DNA of 62,353 bases, filler included, from Choristocarpus tenellus KU-1152 (GCA_964200185.2; 11 parts of 11 records of this genome joined end to end with filler, not necessarily neighbours in it); one strand, 5' to 3'; counted from the whole stretch's first letter, positions 36,942-48,900 are shown. A program made the numbers and translations. The notes: generated by a model from the letters alone, not told the origin.

Positions 36942-39191
36942 CTACATCGGGGTGCACTCCTCTCCCTGGCATATTTCCTTCAACAAAGCCAAGGCATCTT
37001 CCTGCTGCCCCCCCTTGCTACACACGTCAATGGCCGCATTGCAGCACTTCACATCAGGCAATACGCCTTTACCCACCATCTCCTTTAGCAAGGTCAAGGC
37101 ACATTCCCACTGGGCCCCCTTGCTGCAAGCATCAATGGCTGTGGTGTAGCTCATAACACTGGGAGAAAGCCCTTTGTCCAGCATCTCCTTTAGCAAAGCC
37201 AAGGCACGCTCCCACTGGCCCCCCTTGCTGCATGCATTCATAGCTGCAGTGTAGCTCATCACATCTGGGTAAACTCCAATCCCTTGCATCTCCTCTAGCA
37301 AGGCACAGGCATGTTCCCATTGTTCACCCTTGCTGCATGCATCGATGGCTGCATTGTAAGTTCTTACATTAGGGTGAATTCCTTTGTCCATCATCTCCAC
37401 TAGTAAGGCCAATGCACGTTCCCACTGCCCTCCCTTGCCACATGCATCAACGGTCGCAGTATAGCTCATGACAGTTGGGTAAACTCCTTTTCCTTGCATC
37501 TCCTCCAGTAAATCCAAGGCATATTCCCACTGCCCCTGATCACCACAAGCAGTTATCGCTGTGGAATAGCTCCAGGTATCTGGTGAAATCCCTCTGCCTG
37601 CCATCTCCTCCAGCAAGGACAATGCTCGTTCCCACTGCCCCCCCTTGCTGCATGCATCCATGACCACATTGTAGCTTATAACATTTGGGTGAACTCCTTT
37701 GCCAATCATCTCCTCCAGGAAGGTTAAAGTGCGTTCCCACTGTCCCCCTTTGGCACATGCATCGATGGCCGCAGTGTAGGTCACAACATTGGGATGAACT
37801 CCTTTTTCTGCCATCTCTTGGAGCAAGACCAAGGCACGCTCCCATTGTCCCTGACTGCCGCACGCTGTTATGGCGGCTGTGTAGCTTACGACATTTGGAT
37901 ATATCCCTTTCCCTTGCATCTCCTCAAGTAGGCCTAAGGCACGTTCCCACTGCCCCCCCCTGCTGCAAGCATCTATGACTGCATTGTAGCTTTTTACGTC
38001 AGGGGATACTCCTTTGCTCGCCATCTCGTTCAGCAAGGCAAAGGCACGTTCCCATTGCTTCCCCTTACTGCACGCATCAATGGCTGAAGTATAGCTCATG
38101 ATATTGGGGAAAATTCCGTACTTCACCATCTCTTTTAGCAAGGCCAAGGCACGTTCCCATTGTCCGCTATTACCGCAGGCAGTTATGGCGGTGGTGTAGC
38201 TGACAACGTTGGGGTCAACACCTTTGCTTCGCATCTTCTCCAGTAAACCTAAGGCAAGCTCCCACTGCTTCGCCCTGCCACAAGCATCGATAGCCGCATT
38301 GTATGTCCTCACACTAGGGTGAAGCCTTTGATTGCTCATGTCCTCCAGTATGGCCAAGGCGCGTTCCCACTGGCCACCCTTGCCACACGCATGAATGGCT
38401 GCGGTGTAGCTCATAACATTAGGGAAAACTTCCATGTCTATCATTTCTTCCAGCAAGGCCAGGGCACGTTCCCATTGTCCCCCTTTGCTGCACGCAGTTA
38501 TGGCAGCAGTGTAAGTTACTACATCCGGGTAAACTCCTTTCGCTCGCATCTCCTTTAGCAACGCCAAGGCACGTTCCCACTCCCCTCCCTTGCTGCACGC
38601 ATCGATGGCCGCGGTGTAGCTTCTGATGTCGGGGACTAATCCTTTGCTTCGAATCTGTGCCAGTAAGGAGATGGCCAGTTCCCACTTTCCTCTTTTGCTG
38701 CACGCAGCAATGGTGGTGTTGTAGCAAATAATATTAGGGCAAACTCCATTTGCCTGCATATCACTCAGTAGAGCTACCGCTTCTTCCCACCTTTTGTTCT
38801 TCGCCATGACATCGATACAGGCACTGTACATATGATTGTTGAGAGGGATTTTTCTTTCCTTAGCCAAGCGCAAGGCACGGAGAGCCCCCATCCAATTTCC
38901 TCGCTGCAAGCCCCTTACCCCCTGTACGAATTGCTTTCCAGTCCTCAATGAATCACGCTGCCCGTTTTCCCTTTCCCACTCTCGCTTACGTTTCCAAGTT
39001 GAGTCTCCACTACTCTCGCTGCTGCTCGCCCTTAAGGAGTACGTCACGGTCCATCTTGACCTCACTCCACCCCGTGATCGCGCAAACGAACTGAAGGACT
39101 TGTTCATACGATTTCCAGATAGAGCGACAAAAGAGAGCGTGTAGAGGGCATCCCAGCCATGCCAGGTTTTCATACAGAAACTACGTCCCAT
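36942..39191 (-). CDS. Intronless P-class pentatricopeptide repeat (PPR) protein, 18 tandem 35-aa repeats, probable organelle-targeting N-terminus
   Basis: Long ORF with the consensus VVSYTAAIDACSKGGQWERALALLEEMxxKGVxPN/D repeated every 105 nt. The first ATGs are at 39191 (MGRSF) and 39173 (MKTWH); the ORF-track start at 39266 is TTG. The ORF ends via a 2-nt frameshift in repeat 18. Confidence 0.95.
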   Translation of the reverse strand: MGRSFCMKTWHGWDALYTLSFVALSGNRMNKSFSSFARSRGGVRSRWTVTYSLRASSSESSGDSTWKRKREWERENGQRDSLRTGKQFVQGVRGLQRGNWMGALRALRLAKERKIPLNNHMYSACIDVMAKNKRWEEAVALLSDMQANGVCPNIICYNTTIAACSKRGKWELAISLLAQIRSKGLVPDIRSYTAAIDACSKGGEWERALALLKEMRAKGVYPDVVTYTAAITACSKGGQWERALALLEEMIDMEVFPNVMSYTAAIHACGKGGQWERALAILEDMSNQRLHPSVRTYNAAIDACGRAKQWELALGLLEKMRSKGVDPNVVSYTTAITACGNSGQWERALALLKEMVKYGIFPNIMSYTSAIDACSKGKQWERAFALLNEMASKGVSPDVKSYNAVIDACSRGGQWERALGLLEEMQGKGIYPNVVSYTAAITACGSQGQWERALVLLQEMAEKGVHPNVVTYTAAIDACAKGGQWERTLTFLEEMIGKGVHPNVISYNVVMDACSKGGQWERALSLLEEMAGRGISPDTWSYSTAITACGDQGQWEYALDLLEEMQGKGVYPTVMSYTATVDACGKGGQWERALALLVEMMDKGIHPNVRTYNAAIDACSKGEQWEHACALLEEMQGIGVYPDVMSYTAAMNACSKGGQWERALALLKEMLDKGLSPSVMSYTTAIDACSKGAQWECALTLLKEMVGKGVLPDVKCCNAAIDVCSKGGQQEDALALLKEICQGEECTPM

Positions 39192-40739
39192 GTGATCGGC
39201 GGATGAGTTTGGGGTGTTGACTACAAGCAAACCATGCCATGCGTCTGAGATCCAACCTGTTGCCAATTCATGTATTTTGGTATTTTATGTGAAAGATAAG
39301 TTGGTTGCAGTTTGGGATTATGTTGATGGGAAGGACAATTTCTAGCCTTTGCTCCTCTGGAGGTGGAGATAGTCTCCTCTGTCAAAACAGAAAATAGAAA
39401 AATAAGTAACAGTCGGTGGCCCTTTTTAAGGCAGTCGAAAATAAGGCGAGTACCAACTCAACCAGTTTTAGTGTATGACCAACCATATTGGGTGTTTTGG
39501 GATGTTAAGGAGTGGTTTGTACTGTCTTTCTGCACGTGAGGAGAATGACATGAGAGAACCTGCAGTTCTACTTCTGATTGACAACTGTGCTAGACATCTG
39601 AGCTGATAAATAGAAAGGGTCAGGTGATGCAGTGATGGGGTTACTGCCTAAATTCACCTGCGGTAAAGTGTCATGGCTGCATGTAAAGCAAATTACAGGA
39701 TGCAGCCGCTACTGTCTGACTGTCAACAACGTCCACGCGGCTTCTCGACTGAGCCAACAGGCACAACACAAGAGAAAAATGGTTCAGGAAGTGAATGGAT
39801 TGAGTGAGGGCTATAGTGCTCATATATGGCATATGCTTGTGATACCGAGGTCAAGGCCTGGGACAAGATCATGGACGACTCCATCACCAGGTAGACGTAA
39901 CTCTAAAGTCCTATCCTGCCAGTGTCTTCACCACCCTCATCACATATTGATCTCCCTGGTTTGTGCTTTCATTGTCGTCTGGTTTCACAACAGTTATATA
40001 TCCTGTTTCCCCACCTCCTGACCCCAGTCACAGGTGTTGGCTAGAGGAGAGCGTGCTCAATGCCTCAAAGAACCAAACCAACTGAGAAGTAGGACAGGGC
40101 TTCATTTTAAGGATTCCCAGAAAGAGAAAAAACGCTATTTTGTTCAATTGCAGAAAGAGCCCTTCCTCAACTGTGGTGTAACCTTGTGTGTGGAAAGGGA
40201 GAATATCAATTTTGCATACACTATTGTACACATTAAATAATGAAACAGAGTGTACTGTACAGGGTAAGAACGATGGCTTAGAATGCAAAAGGGTCGAAAC
40301 CTGCTTACCTATCAATTGGTTTGGCTTGAAGCAAGCTGAGCTGACTTCAGTGATGGATCATGGTGCACATCATCTCCCAACCAAAATGTCCATGACCTTG
40401 CAGAGGTCCAGGAGAAACTGAATGTGATCATCCGATAAGGAGAGCAGAGAAAGGGAAGCTGCGACCTTGACTTAGGGAAGGCCTTGAAAGACCTTGCGAT
40501 CAAGGCCGGCGAGCTCCTGACAAACAACAGCATCACTAAGGCTCAGGAATAGCTGCAACTAGAATAAGAGCAGAAGGATCTAGTGCCTCTATTTCGAGAC
40601 CTATCATGTAGACAGATATTAGACAGTTAGTTCTTTGATTGATAGGATATGAAATATGAAGTTATGTTCTCTACACAAATAACATCGGTGGGAAACAACA
40701 TCATACCCCTGAGAGAACCATATGGTGATACATATGGAT

Positions 40740-41088
40740 ATTTTCATTGGTTTTCCCACTGACACATCTGGAAAATGTAAGAGGGCACAATAATATATAG
40801 TGATACAATGATATATCATATGCGCATGTGATCATTCTTATTTCTAAAATTCTTATGTTGGGTCCTCACAACTGTTTATAATAAATTAAATGTTCACTTT
40901 TAAGGCTTGTTCGCCCCCAAATGGAGAAATTGCCTTAATGTGGACTTGTGTCATAAGGCATATTAAAGAAATGACCCCCTCATTTTCGAGTTGGGAAGAG
41001 GTTCCGTTAAAGAGTTCACAAACTGTATATTGTATTATTATGACCGCTCACATTTTTCAGATGTGTCAGGGGAAAACCAGTGAAAATT
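40740..41088. mobile_element. Foldback/MITE-like element with ~60-bp inverted repeats
   Basis: ATTTTCATTGGTTTTCCCACTGACACATCTGGAAAATGTAAGAGGG (40740) vs the reverse complement of 41022-41088, ATTTTCACTGGTTTTCCCCTGACACATCTGAAAAATGTGAGCGG; the same motif also occurs at ~28620-28682 and ~19050-19095. Confidence 0.7.
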
Positions 41089-41210
41089 ATTCACATCTCA
41101 GTACAAACCCTAAAGAAGTAAAATATGTCACAAATGTGAGAAACACTAACCTGTTTGTTATTTCGCTACAATCTATATTGTACCACTGCCTTCCTGTGCC
41201 TCCAATCTAC

Positions 41211-41990
41211 CTATTCCTGCACCCCAGGGTGAGGAGCTAGGGAGGCATCCCAAGAATCGAACAAACCCCTCCGTGCCCATCTCCCTGGTGACACCAGCTT
41301 AAAACGCATGGCACGTCTAGACAGTGCCACTTGCGTTGTTACTGAGACTATTTGGCGTAGGCTGGATTTGACAGCTCCTTTCCTGCCATATCCTCCAGCT
41401 TCTCTCCCTCCCACCTTATGTGAAGCCAACTCATCCAGGAAACATTCTGCTTGCTTGCCGAGGCGCCCAAAACGTTCAACCATGAAGGTGTTGAGGTTAT
41501 ACCTACGGGGATCAAAAGAGCCCTTGTAGTGGGTGTGCTTTCGCACCTCAGCTCCAGCAGCAGCTACACCATTGCTGGTCGATGAATGTGTAAGATGGGA
41601 GGTTGCCTGTACTTCTGTAAATGTAACATCTAGCGGAAGGCCTTTGTCCCGGTAGAGGGCTGTTCCAGCGTCCGCAAGTGCCCCTACATGGAAGACTAGA
41701 TCCAGGCAGAGATTCCTGTCTACCTTGAAGGGGCTGCCGTCCTCCGTAGTGAAAGGGATGCCCATTCCCTTGCATAGTTGGTTTAGGCGTTTCACCATGG
41801 GTGTGTGCTGTTGTACCTAGCCTCCTGCCCTGGGGCAGGTATGGGCATGTCTGGTGTTGACATTTTGACTCCTGCATCCCACCGCTGGGCACCTGTTTGA
41901 CAGGGCCTCCTCCCTCCCTAGGGATCTGCTGGCTGTAAGCTTGAATTCTATAGGGGGGATCTGGCATGCCGACTCCAGGGGTTGTGATGG
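41211..41990 (-). mobile_element. Non-LTR retrotransposon 3' fragment (CRE-like; CCHC knuckle plus restriction-like endonuclease)
   Basis: GCRSQNVNTRHAHTCPRAGG*VQQH zinc knuckle, then RNLCLDLV...LPLDVT...AEVRKHTHY...VERFGRLG...IVSVTTQVALSRR, the R.D...D...K..Y pattern of RLE domains; truncated by the gap. Confidence 0.85.
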
Positions 41991-43708
41991 NNNNNNNNNN
42001 NNNNNNNNNNNNNNNNNNNNNNNNNNNNNNNNNNTTAATTAATTAANNNNNNNNNNNNNNNNNNNNNNNNNNNNNNNNNNNNNNNNNNNNTCTTTTGTTG
42101 CGTTGGGGTTTTTTTTGTCGGGTGGGGGGGGGGGGGGGGGGGGGATATGGGATTTTATCTTTACAGGTTTTTAGAAAAAAAAAAAATGGTTTTCAATTAT
42201 TACAGTTACAGTTTCACGAAACGTACTGATTTTACCCTTGTCCTGCTATACTACCACAGTGCTATCAATGTCAATGTTAATACTTAACATACAGGCCTAT
42301 AACTTATTTTTTAATCACGATGGCAAGCAATCAGTCACTATTTTTCTAAATATTTCCAAGGCTTTCTCTTTCGCTACATTCTGAAGTGATCTCCCATACC
42401 ATTCTCAGCAAGTGTGTCAATCCGGTGTGTTGATGTTGAAGGCCTCCTCCTTCTGCAAGACAATTCGACCCTAAAACACTACAGGTAGGTAAATCAACTG
42501 ATTGGTAGTAGTTAGTTGGTAAATCAACTGATTGGCAGTTGTGAAAAAACAGATTGAGCAGGACCTTTCCATGACATTCACACACAATCACCCCAAGCCA
42601 AGACTTTCACCCAGGAAGGTGCAATAAAAAAAAATACATTCAATACACACGGTCCTTGGGAGTTCCACACCTACCGATGAACTGCATTATTAAGAACGCC
42701 CTACTACGTTTTCTTCAAGCACCTACTTCTACGCACAGACTATCGTTGCGGAAAAAAAAATGGCATTTCGAAATCTACTCTATAGTCGAAACAAACGCCT
42801 TCAGGTGGTGAACAATAACGCCTCTCAAAATGCGGTAAAGCAGAACGCCAATAATAATAAAAATTTAATGCAGATCATTGTTAGACGGTTGGTTGCTTGT
42901 CTTCAGGTACGTATCGCCGCAAATTGTAACCCCACCCAAAAAAGGTGCGCGGACAGAGTAGAGGAGTGCGTTCTGAACCTTAGTTGTTTTATTTTGTGTT
43001 TATTTTATTTTATTTTATTTTATGTTCAATCTTCTTCAAAAATAAAAAATACAAACATCGTTCACTGCGCTTCAGCATCACTCTGAGGGGAGGAGCCGTG
43101 CGCACAGGTGTGTGTGAATATCATGCTTATTCCTCTTTTTTGAAACTGTAATACTACGACATAATGTGGACTATCATTAGCAGGCCAGGATAAGAGTTAG
43201 GACTGGGAAAACATGAAGAACATGCACTATATCTTTGAAAAAAAAAAGAAGAGAGTACAATGCGCAGTATATATATACACTTATTGTATAGCTACATATC
43301 ATGCACAACAAATATATATATATATATATATTCTTTCTTACGTGTCTAACCTCCATCCATCCATCCATCCATCCATCCATCAATCTTGTGAGAGGATGAG
43401 CTACATACAATAGGCATTATCCACAAAAAAGGTAGAACATACCTATTAACTTAAAAAATAAAATCTTAAAGACGTAAGAAAAAAAAATCGTTTTGAAAAA
43501 AGAAATTTTAATATGGACCTGGGTCAATGTTCTTGCAATTCTTCCTCTAATCCTAACACTTGTGATTCACGCAGTATTAATTTTTAAATAAAATTATTCT
43601 ACTAAGCAAAACAAAACACAAAATTTTAAAACAAAACTATCGTGTTCAAAAAGGCACCTACCTACCTACAAATCCACCAGACTGCTCCCTGCGCCCAGTG
43701 AATATTTT

Positions 43709-43890
43709 TCATCAACAGTTTCAAAAAACTTTAAATGGCATGATATTCCACCAACAGTTTCGAAAAAGCTTTAAATGGTGTTGCTCTGCCAACAGTTACA
43801 AAAAACTTTAAATGGTACGATATTCCACCAACAGTTTCAAAAAAGATTTAAATGTGTTTGTTTCACCAACAGTTACAAAAAAAAATTAAA
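43709..43890. repeat. ~38-bp minisatellite (5 copies) with an alternating dimeric structure
   Basis: Core CAACAGTTTCAAAAAACTTTAAATG separated by alternating linkers (..ATATTCCAC / ..TTG.T.T..C). Confidence 0.8.
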
Positions 43891-43969
43891 CACTGATCAA
43901 AACTGCAAAAAGGAAGAAACAGGCACATGACTGACTGAACCAGACTGATAAAATAAATACAAGTCTCAC

Positions 43970-45096
43970 CAACCCTGCTTCGATGAAGGCGATTGCGGAG
44001 GAGAGGAGCATCCTGAGCAAGAGGTGGAACCAGAGCTACGCCTGGAGCCCTTCATCACCTCCACACTGAGTTCGGTAGCCTGGGTCATCACAGCCAAACG
44101 ATGAGACAATATACCCTTGAGCTCCCAGATGGCCTGCCCGGGTGAAGGAAACCCAGCAAAGGGGAGTCAGAATATGGAGGCGTGAGTGTTGACACCCAAA
44201 CACGATTCGTCAATATAAAAAAATAAGTGATTGATTTTGAGACTTGGCAGTGGACTAGAAACACGATTATGAAAGAGCCAGTCTTGCATCAACAAGTATC
44301 CACATTGTCAAAATGCCTAAGAAAGAACCAATTCCTTCCACACACACACACACACGGTTTCGTAACACTTGCAAGGCGTGAAGTGAAGTGAAGTGAAGTG
44401 AAGGCATCACAAAAAAGTAACTCGTCATAGCGCTGGAAAATACCAGTACCAGATACAAACATAAACAAAAAAAATAAAACACTAATTCCAAAGACCATCC
44501 ATCCATCCATCCACTCACCAGATGGAGATCCCGAAGAGAGAAAAAAAACTAGATAAATTCTATTATTGCACAAGAAAAAACCAGCAAACATAAAAACATA
44601 AAACATAAAGTCTACAACAACAACAACCACAAAACAGAACGAAAACACACACACCACCCCCCCCCCCCACCCCCCCCCCCCCCCCCACCCCCCCCCCCCC
44701 CCCCCCCCCCTCACCTCTCGGAACTCCGGCTCTCTCGCCTCGAGACCCCTTGGTCGATCCTTCTTCAAAACCCCCTTGCTCCCAACATCATCATCATCAT
44801 CGCAGTCATCACCCCCCTCACCATCGCTCCCTCTTACGCTCCCCTTCTGACCCTCTACCCTCATCACGCCCTCCTCTTGTACTTCCAGTTTGGTCCCGTC
44901 TACTGGTGGTATCGGGACCTTTTGGGGTGGTGGTACCAGTCCCGTCGCGATCCTGTCACCTACGCCTTCCATCAGCAGGGAAGCAAGTCCCTGGTCCTGC
45001 CCCTTCGCCTGGTGGCAGTTACGTTTACAATTCCGGAGCTCCTCGCGGACCGAGGCCAGCACCACCGCAAGCTCGTGTCCGATTGGCCCAGCTCTG
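43970..45096 (-). CDS. Two exons of an unknown protein (44715-~45093/45096; 43970-44133)
   Basis: CAG acceptors and GTGAG donors; phase-0 junction ...EAREPEFRE|AIWELKGILSHRLAVMTQATELSVEV... Confidence 0.6.
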
Positions 45097-45731
45097 CTGA
45101 ACACACACACACACAGAAAAAGTGTGAATGAATGAAAAAGTTGGCACACGCACGCAAGTGCAGACAACGGTAGAGGAGACACAAACAAACACGCATTGGT
45201 TGTACATAGTGTGCATAATAGTACATACGATGATGATGATGATGGTGTGTGTGTGTGTGTGTGTCAAAATAATAAAATTGTATGTATCAATCAAAACGAA
45301 GACAATTCGGGACTAAATACAAATATATATATATACGGTGGATTATATAACAAAGAAAAAAACAGCGATGAGGGAGGGTTTACACGCGGTACGGAAGGCG
45401 GCGAGCCCAAAGGGAAAAAAAATCATTTTCTTTTAAACCGTCGCCCTTAATAATGCAACCCTCGGATTCCATTTTTTTTTTTAAATACATTCCACGGCTT
45501 CAATGTAAGGACGCACTGTACAGCTCTATNNNNNNNNNNNNNNNNNNNNNNNNNNNNNNNNNNNNNNNNNNNNTTAATTAATTAANNNNNNNNNNNNNNN
45601 NNNNNNNNNNNNNNNNNNNNNNNNNNNNNAAAAAAAATCTCTCCAACAAGGCCCATATTCCGTCACGCCGCCCTCCAAAAACAGAACCCCCCCCCCCCCC
45701 CCCCTTCACACACACACACACACAACCTGAC

Positions 45732-45948
45732 CTTGGTCATCAACTTTGCCCTTTCTTGCTCTGAATGTCGAAGCTTCTCCCCTGGTGGTTGGTGCTTCAT
45801 TACATTCAACTCTGCCTTTAATGCCGATAGCTGACAGAGGACAACAGGCGGATTGTATGTGTGTGTGTGTGTGTGTGTTTCAAAGAGCTCGATTTAAGAA
45901 AGATATATATATATACTCAACAAAAGAAAATACATACACAATAAGAAA

Positions 45949-45994
<46 letters not shown>

Positions 45995-48900
45995 TCAACA
46001 GAAAAAAATACATACATGATAACGGGCAGCAGTTGTGCTGTTGACCTCCTCAAAAAATATATATTGGAGCAAGACACGTTAGGTAGACACACAGCGAAAT
46101 GAATGCACTCACATTCATGGCAGAAAAATAATAATGCATTGCAAGGGTCGTTGTTACATGGATGTATCAGATACGTATGCACTAACGATGTATGATCTTG
46201 ATACTCTTTTGTCTCCATCTGACCAAATACTGTCTCACAGACAAATGAGACAACCGCAGTACTTCATTTGTCACTATTCATACTCTAAATTTTCCGTTTC
46301 ACAAAGGAGTCACCTATTTTCTATTTCTTATTTGCTTTTTCCCAACATCAGCGAATGAAAGAACAGTCCCATCGTGAAGCCCAACCGAAACTCTTTTTTT
46401 TTTAATAGATAGGCATGCATCCATCCTGTCTTATCTCTCTGCTTACCGCTATCAATATACATCGCTGCTATCACATGTACATACGTATGTTATTATATGG
46501 ACATACATATGCTACTGTAGGGTGTTGAAAGTGAGATAGATTAGTAAGCACTTATGTTTCGCTATATACTCATAGACAAAACACAGCACTACTACACATC
46601 TAATGGATTCCATTTTTAAAATCCAACAGTGCGACTACCATGAATCACCACCGATCCATCAAATATGTACAGATCCATCAAATATGTACAGATCCATCAA
46701 ATATGTACACTTTCTTCTTTTTACACTACCTTGCTCACCTCTGTGAGCAGCTCTGCCACAGCTGTAGGGGAAAGTGTTTGATGGTCTTGAGACCTCACGG
46801 TTGACTGTTTTGACCCTGACACTGATTCTCCTTTACTATTTCCTTGCCGCCTGGAAGACAAAAATGTGTATGTGTATATATGTGTGTATATATATGTATG
46901 TATGTGTGTGTATGTGTGTATCATGTGTGTATGTGTATATATGTGTGTATATATGAACAGTGTATACTTATCTGGGACGATACAACCCCAACCTTTATCA
47001 CTGACAGCGAAGATTACTTCATACATCATGCATGTAACCGTCCCACCACCCTAACCCTAACCCTAACCCTAACCCTAACCCGCATATCGTACTCATCCCA
47101 TAATTTGAACAAAAAATTGGTATCTGCTTATTTTCCTCTGCAAAAAAGTAAGAGGGGGGGGCAGGGGCATAGCTATCTACCACTTACAACTATCTACCAT
47201 TTACAATAACAATAGCATATACATGAGTATGTATCCATACAGTTTGCAGGTCATAGAACAGTGACATGAAGGGAACATAAAAACTTACTGCTTCTTGCAG
47301 AAATACATTGACTTTCATCACTACCATATCTATACAAGTTCAAGGAATGCACCAACAACTCAGTTCAAATATCAGCTCTACCATACGCTATTCAATAGGA
47401 AACCACTCCATAAACACAAACATGAAATGCATTAAACTTTAGTGAGTTTCTGTGAGCATTGACATGATCTACTAGTTGGTTTGGATCTATTTTCATATCG
47501 ATTTTAAGCATTTTCACTAGCCCTAACCCTAACCACAATATGCAACAGTTAAACACCAAAACATTTCAAAAGCAACAAGGCCCCATCCCCATCCATCCCC
47601 CAACCCTCCCCCTACCTCGTCCAACATCAACACGTATATACAGACACATGCACACACACCAGATCATTTCTCCCTGCAGGGAAGGGGCAGCCTTGACGTT
47701 CCCTCCAATGAGGGTCCTGGAATTTTTTTCAATGTTCAATGGTTCAACAGGGACACATCAAAAAGGGAGAACAGACTTTGCAGGCAGTGAGCGTCTATCC
47801 CATGCTGTAACAAGCTTACACCATATTTGTATGAATGCATTGTACAATCTGAAGGTATACGTGTGAAAAAAAAAGAAACATGCGCATAAAAAAGAACACT
47901 TATCATGGGGGGAAAAGAATAATTATCACGAGCATGAAAAAGAAGAATAATTCCGTGCGAGTCGCGTAGGCTACTACTGTATCAGAAAAAGAAAAAAAAC
48001 GTAATTATCAACAAAATAAAAAAAGTCAATAGCAGAAAAAGAAAAAAACATTACTATCAACAAAAGAAAAAAAAGGTCAATAGCAGAAAAAGAAAAATCA
48101 GTACTAGTAAAATAGTAAATGCGATTCACCCCGTTTGTCTCTTCACACATAAAAAATAAATAAATACAAAAAAAACAACAATGAACACATAGGTAGGGAG
48201 AGGGGGGTTGAAGGGGGTAGAACAAACAAGCCGCCAACCGAACCTCTACCATGCACCACACTCTCAAATCTCAGGGTATTCACATCCTACATACACCACC
48301 AGCAATGCACCCACAACATTCCTCCCCCAAGGAGACGCATACACCTACCATCCCTACACAACCACACCCTCCACAACCACTCCACGGTGCCGATACGCTC
48401 CAGAGCAAACTCAACGCTCCAGAGCAAACTCAAGCCACCACCAAAAGACAGGTTCCCTTCCCCAACCCCCAAAAAGACAAGCTGGAACAACCACACCAAC
48501 CACAACAACCAAAAAAAGGTGTATACCCCGACACAGAGAGGAACGAACACCCCTCACTCGCCAACCCTACCCATACACATCACCAGCAGAAAGCGCCATG
48601 CATATATATACCAACACTCACCGTCCCCTTGGTGGTGTGAGTGGTATGGCATTGGATGTGAGGCGCTCCCTACGGTTGATGTCTCTGTTCTCCACATCCC
48701 TGACACGATTGACAACACCCTTGATGTCACCAGTGTGCTGTTGGAGTTAGAGTCCCATCACCAGAGGAGAAGAGACAACAGCAGGTATTGGAGAAACACA
48801 TAGGCGTGTTTGTGTAAGTGTCTGTGTGCGTGCGTGTGTGTTGAGTGTGTTGAGTGTGTTGAGTGTGTTGAGTGTGTTGAGTGTGTTGAGTGTGTTAAGT

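Noticed and set aside
37132-39144. Overlapping alternative-frame and antisense ORFs within the PPR gene
   Set aside because: Shadows of the repetitive PPR coding sequence.
31009-41990. PPR gene plus neighbouring RLE retrotransposon as a functional unit or retro-transduction
   Set aside because: They are ~2 kb apart with unrelated repeats between them; no shared TSD or poly-A was seen, so proximity alone is insufficient.
43709-43890. CRISPR-like repeat-spacer pattern
   Set aside because: Linkers are only ~10-12 nt and alternate ones are near-identical; eukaryotic context with no cas genes. It is a minisatellite.
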